A stretch of DNA of 18,841 bases from Amoeboradix gromovi X-113 (Eukaryota > Fungi > Sanchytriomycota), in assembly GCA_018985225.1 (NCBI GenBank), contig JADGIF010000121.1, forward strand, positions 1-18,841, given 5' to 3'. The position numbers and the translations under genes were made by a program. The notes below the pieces were generated by a model, which was not told where the DNA came from, did no database searches, and saw nothing but the letters and a program-made list of their open reading frames with translations. Shown here one piece after another: positions 1-8,598 of this stretch; positions within the stretch are counted from its first letter, which is position 1, and each line of letters opens with the position of its first letter.

Positions 1-104
1 TACAATATGTGGCACTCCAAAGAGAACCAATTTGGAGAGCTATTCATGTACATAGTGTCGTTTGGAAGTGGACATGGACCACATGGCACCAAGAAACAAA
101 TTCG
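1..104 (+). pseudogene. Fanzor/TnpB-like nuclease C-terminal fragment, copy A (zinc ribbon + RuvC-III), interrupted by a stop and truncated by the window edge
   Basis: Frame starting at nt 2 reads TICGTPKRTNLESYSCT*CRLEVDMDHMAPRNKF (TAG at 53-55). Aligns ungapped to 113-212 at about 73/100 nt. Confidence 0.75.
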
Positions 105-347
105 ATGCCATGTACAAGGTGTGGTACTCTGAAGAAAACTAATTTAGAAACCTACACTTATACAAAGTGTCATTTGAAGATAGACAGAGATCATATGGCA
201 GCAAGGAACATATACATCAAGTATCTGCATCCCTATTCAATCCCGCCTCTGGGTAGTGAAAGCGCGAGCAATAACTGTAACGGAGCATTTAGCATTGCTG
301 GTTTCTCTGCGGAAATTCTCGATTTTCTCGGAAATCAGGACTTTTAA
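102..347 (+). mobile_element. Fanzor/TnpB-like nuclease 3' end, copy B (Fanzor2/IS607-TnpB-like spacing), remnant
   Basis: SMPCTRCGTLKKTNLETYTYTKCHLKIDRDHMAARNIYIKYL matches the TnpB/Fanzor pattern (T)SxxCxxCG-x(n)-CxxC-x4-DRDxNAARNI. The third Cys is TAT here but TGT in copy A. The N-terminal part of ORF-track entry 9..347 is copy A read out of frame. Confidence 0.8.
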
Positions 348-350
348 CGA
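228..350 (+). ncRNA. Candidate omegaRNA scaffold / right end of the Fanzor-like element
   Basis: Directly 3' of the RuvC-III motif. Conserved in two other loci of the window (about 72/100 with 9511-9610; about 107/157 for 194-350 vs 7052-7206). Stems AGCAAT(267-272)/ATTGCT(294-299) and GATTT(321-325)/AAATC(332-336). RNA function is inferred from known TnpB/Fanzor architecture. Confidence 0.55.
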
Positions 351-1133
351 GGAGGGTACTAACAAAAATAATTCCTAAAAGAAATACCTAAATTGTATAC
401 TTGTAGAAGTGAGGATCTCCCCGCACTTTATCCCATATACCCTGGTCGTCAAATTCTTGTCAAGAGTTACTCTTCTTTCGATCTAAATTTTTGAATAAGC
501 AAAAACTTGGTTTTCTACCAAATGTATGCAACAGTCTAAGTGTTACAGTGGTATTTCTGCTGTGCTCACTACCACAAGTATATTAAAGTACTTTTTGTCT
601 CTTTCTGTTTAATTTACTTTCTTTTATACTTGTGGTCAATGCATTTCCAAAGAAAAATGTCTCAAACACCGAGTCCGCTTTTCTGGAGTTTGCTAATGCC
701 AAAGGTGATCTTACAGTGAGTGCAAATAGTTTGTTAAGGCTTAAAATAATCAAACCTGGTTGCTCTCTTGGTGGAGTTTTTGGCATTTAATACGTCCCTT
801 TTTTGTAATCTATATTTTTTACAAGTTTACTACCGTGCAGCATTCCCAGTTTTTCTACTTCTGGTTAAAACCCATTAACTTGTCGCTAGTGAACTTTAGC
901 GAGTCAGTACGCAAAAACGGAGTGGATTAATAATACGGACGAAAGTCGTTGCGCAATATCTTGCAAGTACAAAGGAAGTTTTTATCAACATGACTGGTAT
1001 GCCACTCAATTTTATTAAAAAAAGTTCTGTGTGGGTTTTCTGGTTATGGCACATTTGTACGTATTGGCTAGCGGATACCGATAAGAAACGTATCATTTCA
1101 AAACATTTTCAAGTCAGGTATCAGGACGACGTT

Positions 1134-2114
1134 ATGCATCATCAAATACTTTTAGTAAGTTTCTTAATATTTTCAGCACTATTTTATAATCATAGAATTA
1201 ACAAGCCTCGAATTATGTTTAGCGCTCCCTTGAATATGCCATCCCAGAAGTGCGTCGAGAATTGGTGCAGTAATAAAAATGAATTCGTATTACCTGGCTC
1301 TCTGATAAAACTCATAAAAATTTTAAACATAACAACCTCTGTGTACAAAAGAGACGCCTATATAGATGCTATGGTGTCAAATTATTTAAATTCTAACAAA
1401 TTCAAATACATTGCTGTGGATGTCAAAAATCACCATGGTATAGTTTTGCTAAACTATTACGTCAAATCTGTTTGGGCAGGTTTAATGACAAAGCGAGAGT
1501 TACTTGTGAATGATCTCTTGCTTCCTACAAAACACCCTTTTAAACGGTTAAAAGGTTACTCATCAATGGTAACTTCAGCTAAGCAGCTATTTCAATCAAC
1601 AGACATAATTACTAGCATTGATCCCAATTTACCAATGGGTGAGCTAAATGTTCCCTTGTTGCAAATACCGGCAAATATGGCTTCGTTGTTATTAAATCAT
1701 ATAATTTATGACTTGTCTGTATTGCCAGCCTCCTTATACAATACAATACAGCTTTATCAAAATGTGCTATCAAATCCTGAGGTGTACAGTATATCCATCA
1801 AGCTGTCTGACAGACTTCCTTTGAAGTGTATCGAATCATTGTTAGCTGGTCATAAAAATCCTGTCTTATTCATCAGCGGTCCTCGAAAACTTGTGCGGAG
1901 ATTGCAGTTGAAGCTATTCTACAGAAACATAGCAGTATTAACTACTATTCAATCAAAGTATCTTGAAATCTTTAATTCCAGAATTGATTGGGCAATGATT
2001 CATGATTTTATAAGTTTAAGTTGTAACCATCTTGTATCCGATGAACACATCAAATCTGAGTTCGAAGCTTTTACTGTCTATCAGAATTACACTGTCTTTA
2101 ATAAATGTTATTAG
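1134..2114 (+). CDS. Type II membrane protein, divergent GT-B fucosyltransferase-like (GT37/GT23/GT74-like); frame is open from ATG 990
   Basis: Signal anchor MHHQILLVSFLIFSALFY at ATG 1134. Ordered segments WAGLMTKRELLVN, YSISIKLSD, VLFISG and AMIHDFISLSCNHLVS..SEF resemble the AllTxRxl / gihIR / iflatD / DwxlLsxcdxli..StF motifs. Confidence 0.5.
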   Translation: MHHQILLVSFLIFSALFYNHRINKPRIMFSAPLNMPSQKCVENWCSNKNEFVLPGSLIKLIKILNITTSVYKRDAYIDAMVSNYLNSNKFKYIAVDVKNHHGIVLLNYYVKSVWAGLMTKRELLVNDLLLPTKHPFKRLKGYSSMVTSAKQLFQSTDIITSIDPNLPMGELNVPLLQIPANMASLLLNHIIYDLSVLPASLYNTIQLYQNVLSNPEVYSISIKLSDRLPLKCIESLLAGHKNPVLFISGPRKLVRRLQLKLFYRNIAVLTTIQSKYLEIFNSRIDWAMIHDFISLSCNHLVSDEHIKSEFEAFTVYQNYTVFNKCY

Positions 2115-2142
2115 TCTTTTATTTTTCAATCGTGTTGAAACA

Positions 2143-4368
2143 ATGAATTTTGGTAGCAAATCTTTTCGATTGGATCGCCACATTGTTAAACCCAACATGC
2201 GTCAATTAATTCGCCCTTGTACAGAATTAGGCAGTACCCGGTATTTTACACTTCCTTTGCTTCCATTTAACCGTATTCAAGAGGATGCTTTATTTACCAA
2301 TCCTACTAATAGCAATGTAAATGACGATACTTCAATTGAAGAGGGCGAAATCACACCCTTCTCTGCTGCTGCACCGTCACCCATAAACGATATGACCGAA
2401 ATGTTAAACGTTCCTATTGATCCTGTCCTCAGTGATATGGACACAGATCTTCCCGACACTATTCCAATGGATCTTATAGCACAAATTGAATACATCGACA
2501 ACCAAATCACTCTTTTGAAATCGCCAATCCCTGATTTTAAAATCAAGCAGTCCTTAATTCCCCAGCTTAACCTCCAAAATGTCCAATGCGATCATCCATT
2601 GCTATCTATATTTCAATCTTCTTTTCATATATTAAATAGTAATGAGCAAAAAATAGCCCTGGCTATCTTAAATAAAGAGTTGGACAAAGAGATTACCTCA
2701 TCCCAAGCCACCGACATCACACAGTTGTCAATAGAATTAAAAGCGGTTGAATCTGCTGCTACTATCAATATTCTTCCAAAAAGTACAATGAGTCAGACGC
2801 TTGAGATAAGCAACGGTGGTTTTGACACACCTGTTAGTGATCAACCTGACGTCACCACTGTATACGATAAATCATTACATCAATTTATATACTCATACAT
2901 CCACCAGCTGCATCTTAATCATTCTCAAGTCTCAAAGTTAATTTCCGCTGATTATTACAAGTCATGGTGCAAATACAAGTTGAACCCCATTGATCTACCC
3001 AATATAGAAGCAAGTGGCCCTAAGCTGCAAAACACTACTAGTGATGTGGAATTCCAAGACATTTTATCTAAAATTCAGGTAATATCTCAATGGGATGATC
3101 CTATGCATTTAAAAGCACATTCTGCTGTCATACCATCACAGTATATAAAATTAAAAGTAGACTCCTTCAAATTGATCCCGGTTAATTCACTAGTACCTTT
3201 AGAAAGCATAGAATGTAATTCTATTCGTGATTACTGCAGAATAAGGCGTAAATCGGCGTTGGGTACGAGAAGAAGAACTAGCCATGATCCTTTTGTAATC
3301 GTAGACCCTTACCATGTCCATAAGTCTAACATTTACAGACTGATGCATAAATATCCAAACATAACATCCAAATTTGTACAGGCCTATCAGGAACACCACA
3401 AGGACTTTACAAAAATCAGCGTTGTACTAAACATACCCAGATGTGATGTAGTAGCACTATTCTACTACTTGAAGTATAAATATCCTATTTTGAGACGCAA
3501 AGTTATAGACAAGCCTAGAATACAAATAAAATGGACAGAGCATGAAAAGAACATAGCGTTTGAAGCATTTGATGAACATGGCAAAGATTTTAAGAAGATA
3601 ACAAATATTATCAATATAGGCAATGACACACCAAAGAGCGAACAGCATGTAAGGACATTCTTTTATAATAGCAAACGAAGAATTATGCAAGAAAAGGAAA
3701 AGAGGGAAAAAGAAAAATCTTCTACAAACGAAGATCCGCAAACACCAGTAATTGCACCGGTAGCAACTGTTGCACCAGCTAACATTAGCACAAAAACAAA
3801 GTCTCCTGCTGCTCCTACTAATATTACAGCTGCAAATAAGCCCCATGTACCTTACAGCAGCAGCAGCTGGACTGCCATTGAGAAAATGCAGCAGCTACAG
3901 CAACAGCAAATGGGTCATGAAGCGAGACCAAACAGCCATCAAATAAATAAAAAGGGCAAGAAGGATATCATAGATCTAGAAGAACAACGCCTAAGTAGCA
4001 ATATACATGAAATTAAGAAAAGAAGTCCTGATGAGCTACTCAGAACTCAGTTCGACTATGCAAATAGTAATTTATTACGAAGAGCCAGTTTGCAACAGAG
4101 ATTTCATAAAGAAAGAACAGCCACAAGTACCAGCGCTATTACTTCTATTGCTAGCACTGCTTCAAATATTGCATCGCCAAACATTAGCAGCATTGGTAAT
4201 AACCTTAGTGGACTGGCTTTTAGCAAAGAAGGCCAATTGCCATCATTTCACACTTTGGAGAGAAAAGTAACGACGCCGCCATTGCACACGATTGAACCTC
4301 CTCCAAATACTTTGGAGCAGTACATTAAACACAAATTGAAAGATGAAAAAGATCAAGATGACAATTAG
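2143..4368 (+). CDS. Double SANT/Myb-domain corepressor subunit, SNT1/NCoR-like
   Basis: SANT1 KFVQAYQEHHKDFTKIS...DVVALFYYLK and SANT2 KWTEHEKNIAFEAFDEHGKDFKKI...KSEQHVRTFFYNSKRR, followed by a low-complexity tail. ATG 2143 chosen because ATG 2032 overlaps the upstream CDS. Confidence 0.75.
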   Translation: MNFGSKSFRLDRHIVKPNMRQLIRPCTELGSTRYFTLPLLPFNRIQEDALFTNPTNSNVNDDTSIEEGEITPFSAAAPSPINDMTEMLNVPIDPVLSDMDTDLPDTIPMDLIAQIEYIDNQITLLKSPIPDFKIKQSLIPQLNLQNVQCDHPLLSIFQSSFHILNSNEQKIALAILNKELDKEITSSQATDITQLSIELKAVESAATINILPKSTMSQTLEISNGGFDTPVSDQPDVTTVYDKSLHQFIYSYIHQLHLNHSQVSKLISADYYKSWCKYKLNPIDLPNIEASGPKLQNTTSDVEFQDILSKIQVISQWDDPMHLKAHSAVIPSQYIKLKVDSFKLIPVNSLVPLESIECNSIRDYCRIRRKSALGTRRRTSHDPFVIVDPYHVHKSNIYRLMHKYPNITSKFVQAYQEHHKDFTKISVVLNIPRCDVVALFYYLKYKYPILRRKVIDKPRIQIKWTEHEKNIAFEAFDEHGKDFKKITNIINIGNDTPKSEQHVRTFFYNSKRRIMQEKEKREKEKSSTNEDPQTPVIAPVATVAPANISTKTKSPAAPTNITAANKPHVPYSSSSWTAIEKMQQLQQQQMGHEARPNSHQINKKGKKDIIDLEEQRLSSNIHEIKKRSPDELLRTQFDYANSNLLRRASLQQRFHKERTATSTSAITSIASTASNIASPNISSIGNNLSGLAFSKEGQLPSFHTLERKVTTPPLHTIEPPPNTLEQYIKHKLKDEKDQDDN

Positions 4369-4411
4369 CATACAATGCCGAGAGAGGTGCCTATATAGAA
4401 TAACTAATTTA

Positions 4412-5974
4412 CTAATCACAGGTGCTGATGGTGTGATTACCCAATCCCCATATGCATATTTTACCATCGTCCGCGGCACTAGCAAATAAGTCGTTATTAA
4501 CAGGATTCCAAGATACACAAGCTACCGGCGAGTTAAAGTGGTGATCTAAAACTTGGATTAATTCCTCATTTATGCGAGACCATATGTATATTTTGCCGTC
4601 GGTGGAGCCAGTAGCAACATAGCAGTCATTAGCACCGCCAAAACTGCCTTGAACAACAAATTTACCATGATTATGACCAGTGTACTTACCATTAATCTTT
4701 CCGGTGAGTATATTCTTAATTTTGATTTCATTGGAATGAAAGGTAATCAAAAGATCAGGGTTAAGTAGAGAACAGGCTATATCAACAATTGGAATAGACT
4801 CTTTAAATACTCTGACTTGCAGTTTATCATTTAAATTTAGGACATGAATTGTCTTTTCGCCGCTAACGGCGCAAAGTAAAGTGGAAGATGGATCTTTAGC
4901 GATAGAAGTGATACGTGGGATATTCCACTTATGAATCATTTTACCATTTAAATCCCAAATAACAAGAGGGGAATTTGTTGAAGACGTTATAAAATTTAGC
5001 GAGTCATTAGTCCATTCAATTCCAGTTATATCACCCTTATGTGATTCTATTGAAGATATGCATTGAAAGTTGGAGAGATCCCAAAGTTTAACATGGCTAT
5101 CAGAACTACCAGAAAGAAGAAAAAGATTGTTAGGACTGAACTTAATTTTAGTAATACTGGAGGAGTGTGCTTTTAACTGAGCAATGCAGGAGCCAGAAAC
5201 ACTCCATAGTTTAACAATATTATCTTTTCCACCGCTAGCCAAGCAATCGCCTGCAGAATTCCAATTTATAGACCAGATCTCAGAACTATGAGCATTAATA
5301 CTGCATATGACATTGCGAGGGAAAAGGTCACTAGAGCATTTATGGTTGTTAAATAGAGAGTACTCGTTGCTGTTATTATGATAGAGGCACTGCAATTTTT
5401 GGAATTCAAAAGACTGCAAAATTAGTTCTTCTAAGCGTCGATGAGGGATCATAAGAGATGTAGGAATAAGGTCTTCTAAATTTAATAAAACAGATTGTCT
5501 TCTATCTTGAACATTCTGATATTTATCCAATATGTCATCATCAGAGCTCATTATGAGCTTTGAAAAAGATTTGATTTTATCATCCAAAAGTATTGGAGAT
5601 ATAGTGCGCAAAAAAGCGAGAGCGTCCATTCGTCTACCTATTAAAATCATCTCCAACAGGTCTTGCTTATAGCAAACCTGACGGATATCTAAATCATTTT
5701 GAAAATCTAAAATGGACAAGAGTGAATAAACCGATTGCCATTCGCCCTTTAAAACTGCAGTTCTTAGAAGAGAAATGTTATGGGATTCCATTGGTATACC
5801 CGAGTCAGCTTCAAGTTGATGAGCAGCCTTATTAAAGCCCATGTTGTGCAGTTGCATGGTAATCAATCTAGTAAGATCAACTTGATCAACTAGAGGAGAT
5901 TTAGATTGACTTAAATAATCATTCAGTTTAACCTTTTTCGAATTGGGAATGTCAAAAGTAGATGGTCTACGCAT
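4412..5974 (-). CDS. GID7: LisH/CTLH + WD40 protein, WDR26/GID7 subunit of the GID/CTLH E3 ligase
   Basis: LisH (LTRLITMQLHNMGFNKAAHQLEADSGI), CTLH (LRTAVLKGEW), IPHRRLEELILQ..Q...CLYHN...SL..NHKC linker, then WD repeats ending CVSWNP...LFASAADDGKICIW. Confidence 0.9.
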   Translation of the reverse strand: MRRPSTFDIPNSKKVKLNDYLSQSKSPLVDQVDLTRLITMQLHNMGFNKAAHQLEADSGIPMESHNISLLRTAVLKGEWQSVYSLLSILDFQNDLDIRQVCYKQDLLEMILIGRRMDALAFLRTISPILLDDKIKSFSKLIMSSDDDILDKYQNVQDRRQSVLLNLEDLIPTSLMIPHRRLEELILQSFEFQKLQCLYHNNSNEYSLFNNHKCSSDLFPRNVICSINAHSSEIWSINWNSAGDCLASGGKDNIVKLWSVSGSCIAQLKAHSSSITKIKFSPNNLFLLSGSSDSHVKLWDLSNFQCISSIESHKGDITGIEWTNDSLNFITSSTNSPLVIWDLNGKMIHKWNIPRITSIAKDPSSTLLCAVSGEKTIHVLNLNDKLQVRVFKESIPIVDIACSLLNPDLLITFHSNEIKIKNILTGKINGKYTGHNHGKFVVQGSFGGANDCYVATGSTDGKIYIWSRINEELIQVLDHHFNSPVACVSWNPVNNDLFASAADDGKICIWGLGNHTISTCD

Positions 5975-7051
5975 TCACTCCTTTGAAACAAAAGAACGCC
6001 AGATATCTAAATAAAATGGTCATCAGAAATTTGCACAGTTTTATAAATCAAATCATAGTGTATGCTGTTAATAACACTATTTTCATCCCAAACCTGTTAT
6101 CCCCTTCTTCAGTAACATTGAAATCTTGAATAAGAATCTAGCAAATTTGCATCTTTTTTCTCATATGTCTTGCATCTTTATTACATACGAAAACAATACT
6201 TGACATCACAGGAGAACTATGCTTGCTTTTTCAAAACCATCATAGATTTCTTGAAGATATAGGAGCACAGACCCACATCTTCGTGCTACATTCTTAGCTG
6301 CACGTTCGATGATAGCCAAAATTGATCTAATTATCACGAAATCCTGCAATCAAGTGTATATAGAGATTCCAATCCTCCAGGGAATGAAAAGCTACATCAT
6401 CAAAAGAAGCAATGAAGCTTTTACGAAATTCGAGACTGTGGTTCAATCTTTTACAACTCAGCTTTACCCTGGGAAAAGGCTAGGTGACATATAGCGTTAC
6501 ACGATAAACCCTTCCGGTGTCTGCAAGTCTATTTTTGAGGAAAAGCACGCAATGATATGATTCACGAACTGGAAAAGATAATAATGTATTGTTAATAACT
6601 TATACGGCTTTTGAAGAATTAAATTAGGTGGAAGATTATGGATTTTATGTAGATGGCATGTAATGGAAAGAAGATGTAAGTTCTAGGTGCAATAGAAAGG
6701 GCTATCACTGCTTCCCTAACAAAAAAGTAGTTTGCACGACTGGTAGAAACATGTGCGTCGCTAGTTTCTGAGTGAAATACTTAAGAACAAGGATTATTTG
6801 CACCTAGTTGTCGCCGTATGTGTATGCAATGATATTTGGGATATTTCTACAACCAGATCTAGCTTTTGAGAAACGCCTTAAAGAAGTTCAGTTGTACTGC
6901 AGTGTGACACATTAACATAAGTTGGCCGTTAAGTGAATCCAATATATACTTTTGCAGGTTTTAAAATTTAAATGAACCAAGTTCTTGTTTAATATATACT
7001 ATCATGAATCATCTGAGTAAAAAATAGAATTTATTGAGCGATTGCCGTAAA

Positions 7052-7278
7052 TCACCAAAAGCTCTGATTTACGAGAAAACCAAAAATTTCTAGAGAGACA
7101 AACAAAGTTAGCCGCCAAGCTCCAGTGGTTGCTTACGCTTACATCACCCTGATGCCGGATTAAAAGGCTGTGCATATGTTGCATGTGCACCTTCCTTGCT
7201 GCCATATTTCTCTCTATACTTATAAACGACATTAGGATTACTTCTCCAAAATGCTTTTCAGTAGATTACACACCTTGT
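7052..7278 (-). mobile_element. Degenerate Fanzor-like 3' end + omegaRNA-like region, copy C
   Basis: Reverse strand shares ACAAGGTGTG and an exact TATGGCAGCAAGGAA with copy B. 7206->7052 aligns to 194-350 at about 68% with one 2-nt gap. ORF 7002..7232 reads IERNMAARKVHMQHMH, versus IDRDHMAARNIYIKYLH in copy B. Confidence 0.8.
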
Positions 7279-7586
7279 CCTCCTTTATTAGTAATTGCTT
7301 ACCTGTCAGTAGATAAATTCGATAGCTGTCCTCTATCTGTGAGATAACTTCATATTTAGACTATTTTTGAATGTTATTGAGAGTCATTTCTGTATTTTCT
7401 TAGTCTACCTTTAAACTTGAATATTCTGGCTGAAAAGAATTGGAGCAGTTTGCCACAAATAAGAAAGCCAGCGTAAAATGTTTTTACTGAGTTAAAAAGT
7501 TGCATAAATGAAATCCGCTTGAATAAAATTAGTGATCACCTAAAACAGTTTTTTCAATGAAAAATTGTTAGGTCTGATATAGAAAC

Positions 7587-8582
7587 ATGGAGGCCACTGA
7601 TAAAATTCCTGTTGGATTGCTCGGGGCGACTGGTGCTGTTGGTCAAAAGTTTTTAAACTTGCTCGAAATTGACGATACTTTCCGAGTTTGTGTCTTAGGT
7701 GCGAGTAAACGGTCCTCTGGAAAGAAGTACAAAGATATTGTTCAACTGCATTTGTCTTGCGATGATATGGAGGTATTTGAATGTGACCCAGAGCACTTTA
7801 AGAGTTGTAAAATAATATTCAGTGCTCTTGATGCCGAAGTGGCTGGAGATATCGAAAAGCTATTTTGCGAACAAGGATACGCGGTTTTTAGTAACGCTAA
7901 AAACTGGAGAATGGATCCGTTGGTTCCTCTTTGTGTTCCTTTCTGTAACCCGGATCATTTGAATTTGGTGAAATACCAGCGAAAGAAATGGAACACAACT
8001 GGAATGCTAGTCACCAATGCTAATTGTTCAACTACTGGAATCGCGATAGTATTAAAAGCCATTGCACCTTACACAAAATTAGAGCAGTTGATCGTACATA
8101 CTTTACAGGCAGTCAGTGGCGCGGGATATCCTGGATTAAGTGTGATGGATATTCATGACAACGTCATTCCATATATAAGCGGAGAAGAGAATAAAATACA
8201 AACAGAAACGTTAAAAATTCTTGGAGAGTTGAGGAACAATTCGATAGTACTTCAAGACTGGGATATAACAGCCATATGTAATCGTGTTAACGTTTTAGAT
8301 GGTCATACAGTTAATGTACTGATCAAATCAAAATCTGACATTGATCTACCACATATAATTGAAAAGTTAGAGAGATTGCCATTTATAAGAGTAATGAACG
8401 AGGTGAATAGACCACAACCTAGATTAGACAGGGTTTATGACATGAAAACTAGCGTTGGTAGATTTCAACTGAAAAAGCCAAACTTATTAAGTTTCTGTAT
8501 TGTAAGTCATAACACCGTACTGGGAGCCGCTGGGTCGTCTATTTGGAACGCAAAAAAGGCAATTGAAATGAAATTGATTTAA
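7587..8582 (+). CDS. HOM2: Aspartate-semialdehyde dehydrogenase (fungal/archaeal type)
   Basis: GLLGATGAVGQKF Rossmann motif, SNAKNWRMDPLVPL, catalytic NANCST, QAVSGAGYPG, CNRVNVLDGHT, RPQPRLDR, SHNTVLGAAG. Confidence 0.97.
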   Translation: MEATDKIPVGLLGATGAVGQKFLNLLEIDDTFRVCVLGASKRSSGKKYKDIVQLHLSCDDMEVFECDPEHFKSCKIIFSALDAEVAGDIEKLFCEQGYAVFSNAKNWRMDPLVPLCVPFCNPDHLNLVKYQRKKWNTTGMLVTNANCSTTGIAIVLKAIAPYTKLEQLIVHTLQAVSGAGYPGLSVMDIHDNVIPYISGEENKIQTETLKILGELRNNSIVLQDWDITAICNRVNVLDGHTVNVLIKSKSDIDLPHIIEKLERLPFIRVMNEVNRPQPRLDRVYDMKTSVGRFQLKKPNLLSFCIVSHNTVLGAAGSSIWNAKKAIEMKLI

Positions 8583-8598
8583 GACAAATAAACATTTT

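Noticed and set aside
9-347. ORF-track 112-aa protein as a real gene
   Set aside because: GTG start in a eukaryotic context. The first ~30 codons are copy A out of frame and the tail runs through the conserved omegaRNA-like region.
583-790. 67-aa minus ORF and an overlapping plus-strand open frame with a signal-peptide-like stretch
   Set aside because: No recognisable domain, the plus frame lacks an ATG and no convincing micro-intron supplies one.
2016-4518. Short antisense or alternate-frame ORFs inside long genes (also 896..1096, 9166..9456, 10311..10553, 13228..13527, 15690..15956, 18243..18446, 18418..18660)
   Set aside because: Shadow ORFs overlapping better-supported frames, with no motifs.
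5975-5984. Shine-Dalgarno-like AAGGAG before the GID7 ATG (and AGGAG before ZIM17)
   Set aside because: The genes are eukaryotic (SANT, CTLH, homeodomain, intron), spacing is inconsistent and chance occurrence is likely.
6200-6920. ORF 6309..6494 and minus-strand ERAAKNVARR resembling RuvC-III
   Set aside because: No DRD or zinc ribbon context and surrounding frames are full of stops, so no product can be supported.
6941-7000. 10-bp direct repeat AATATATACT flanking 40 nt (TSD-like)
   Set aside because: Low-complexity AT-rich word with no terminal inverted repeats inside.
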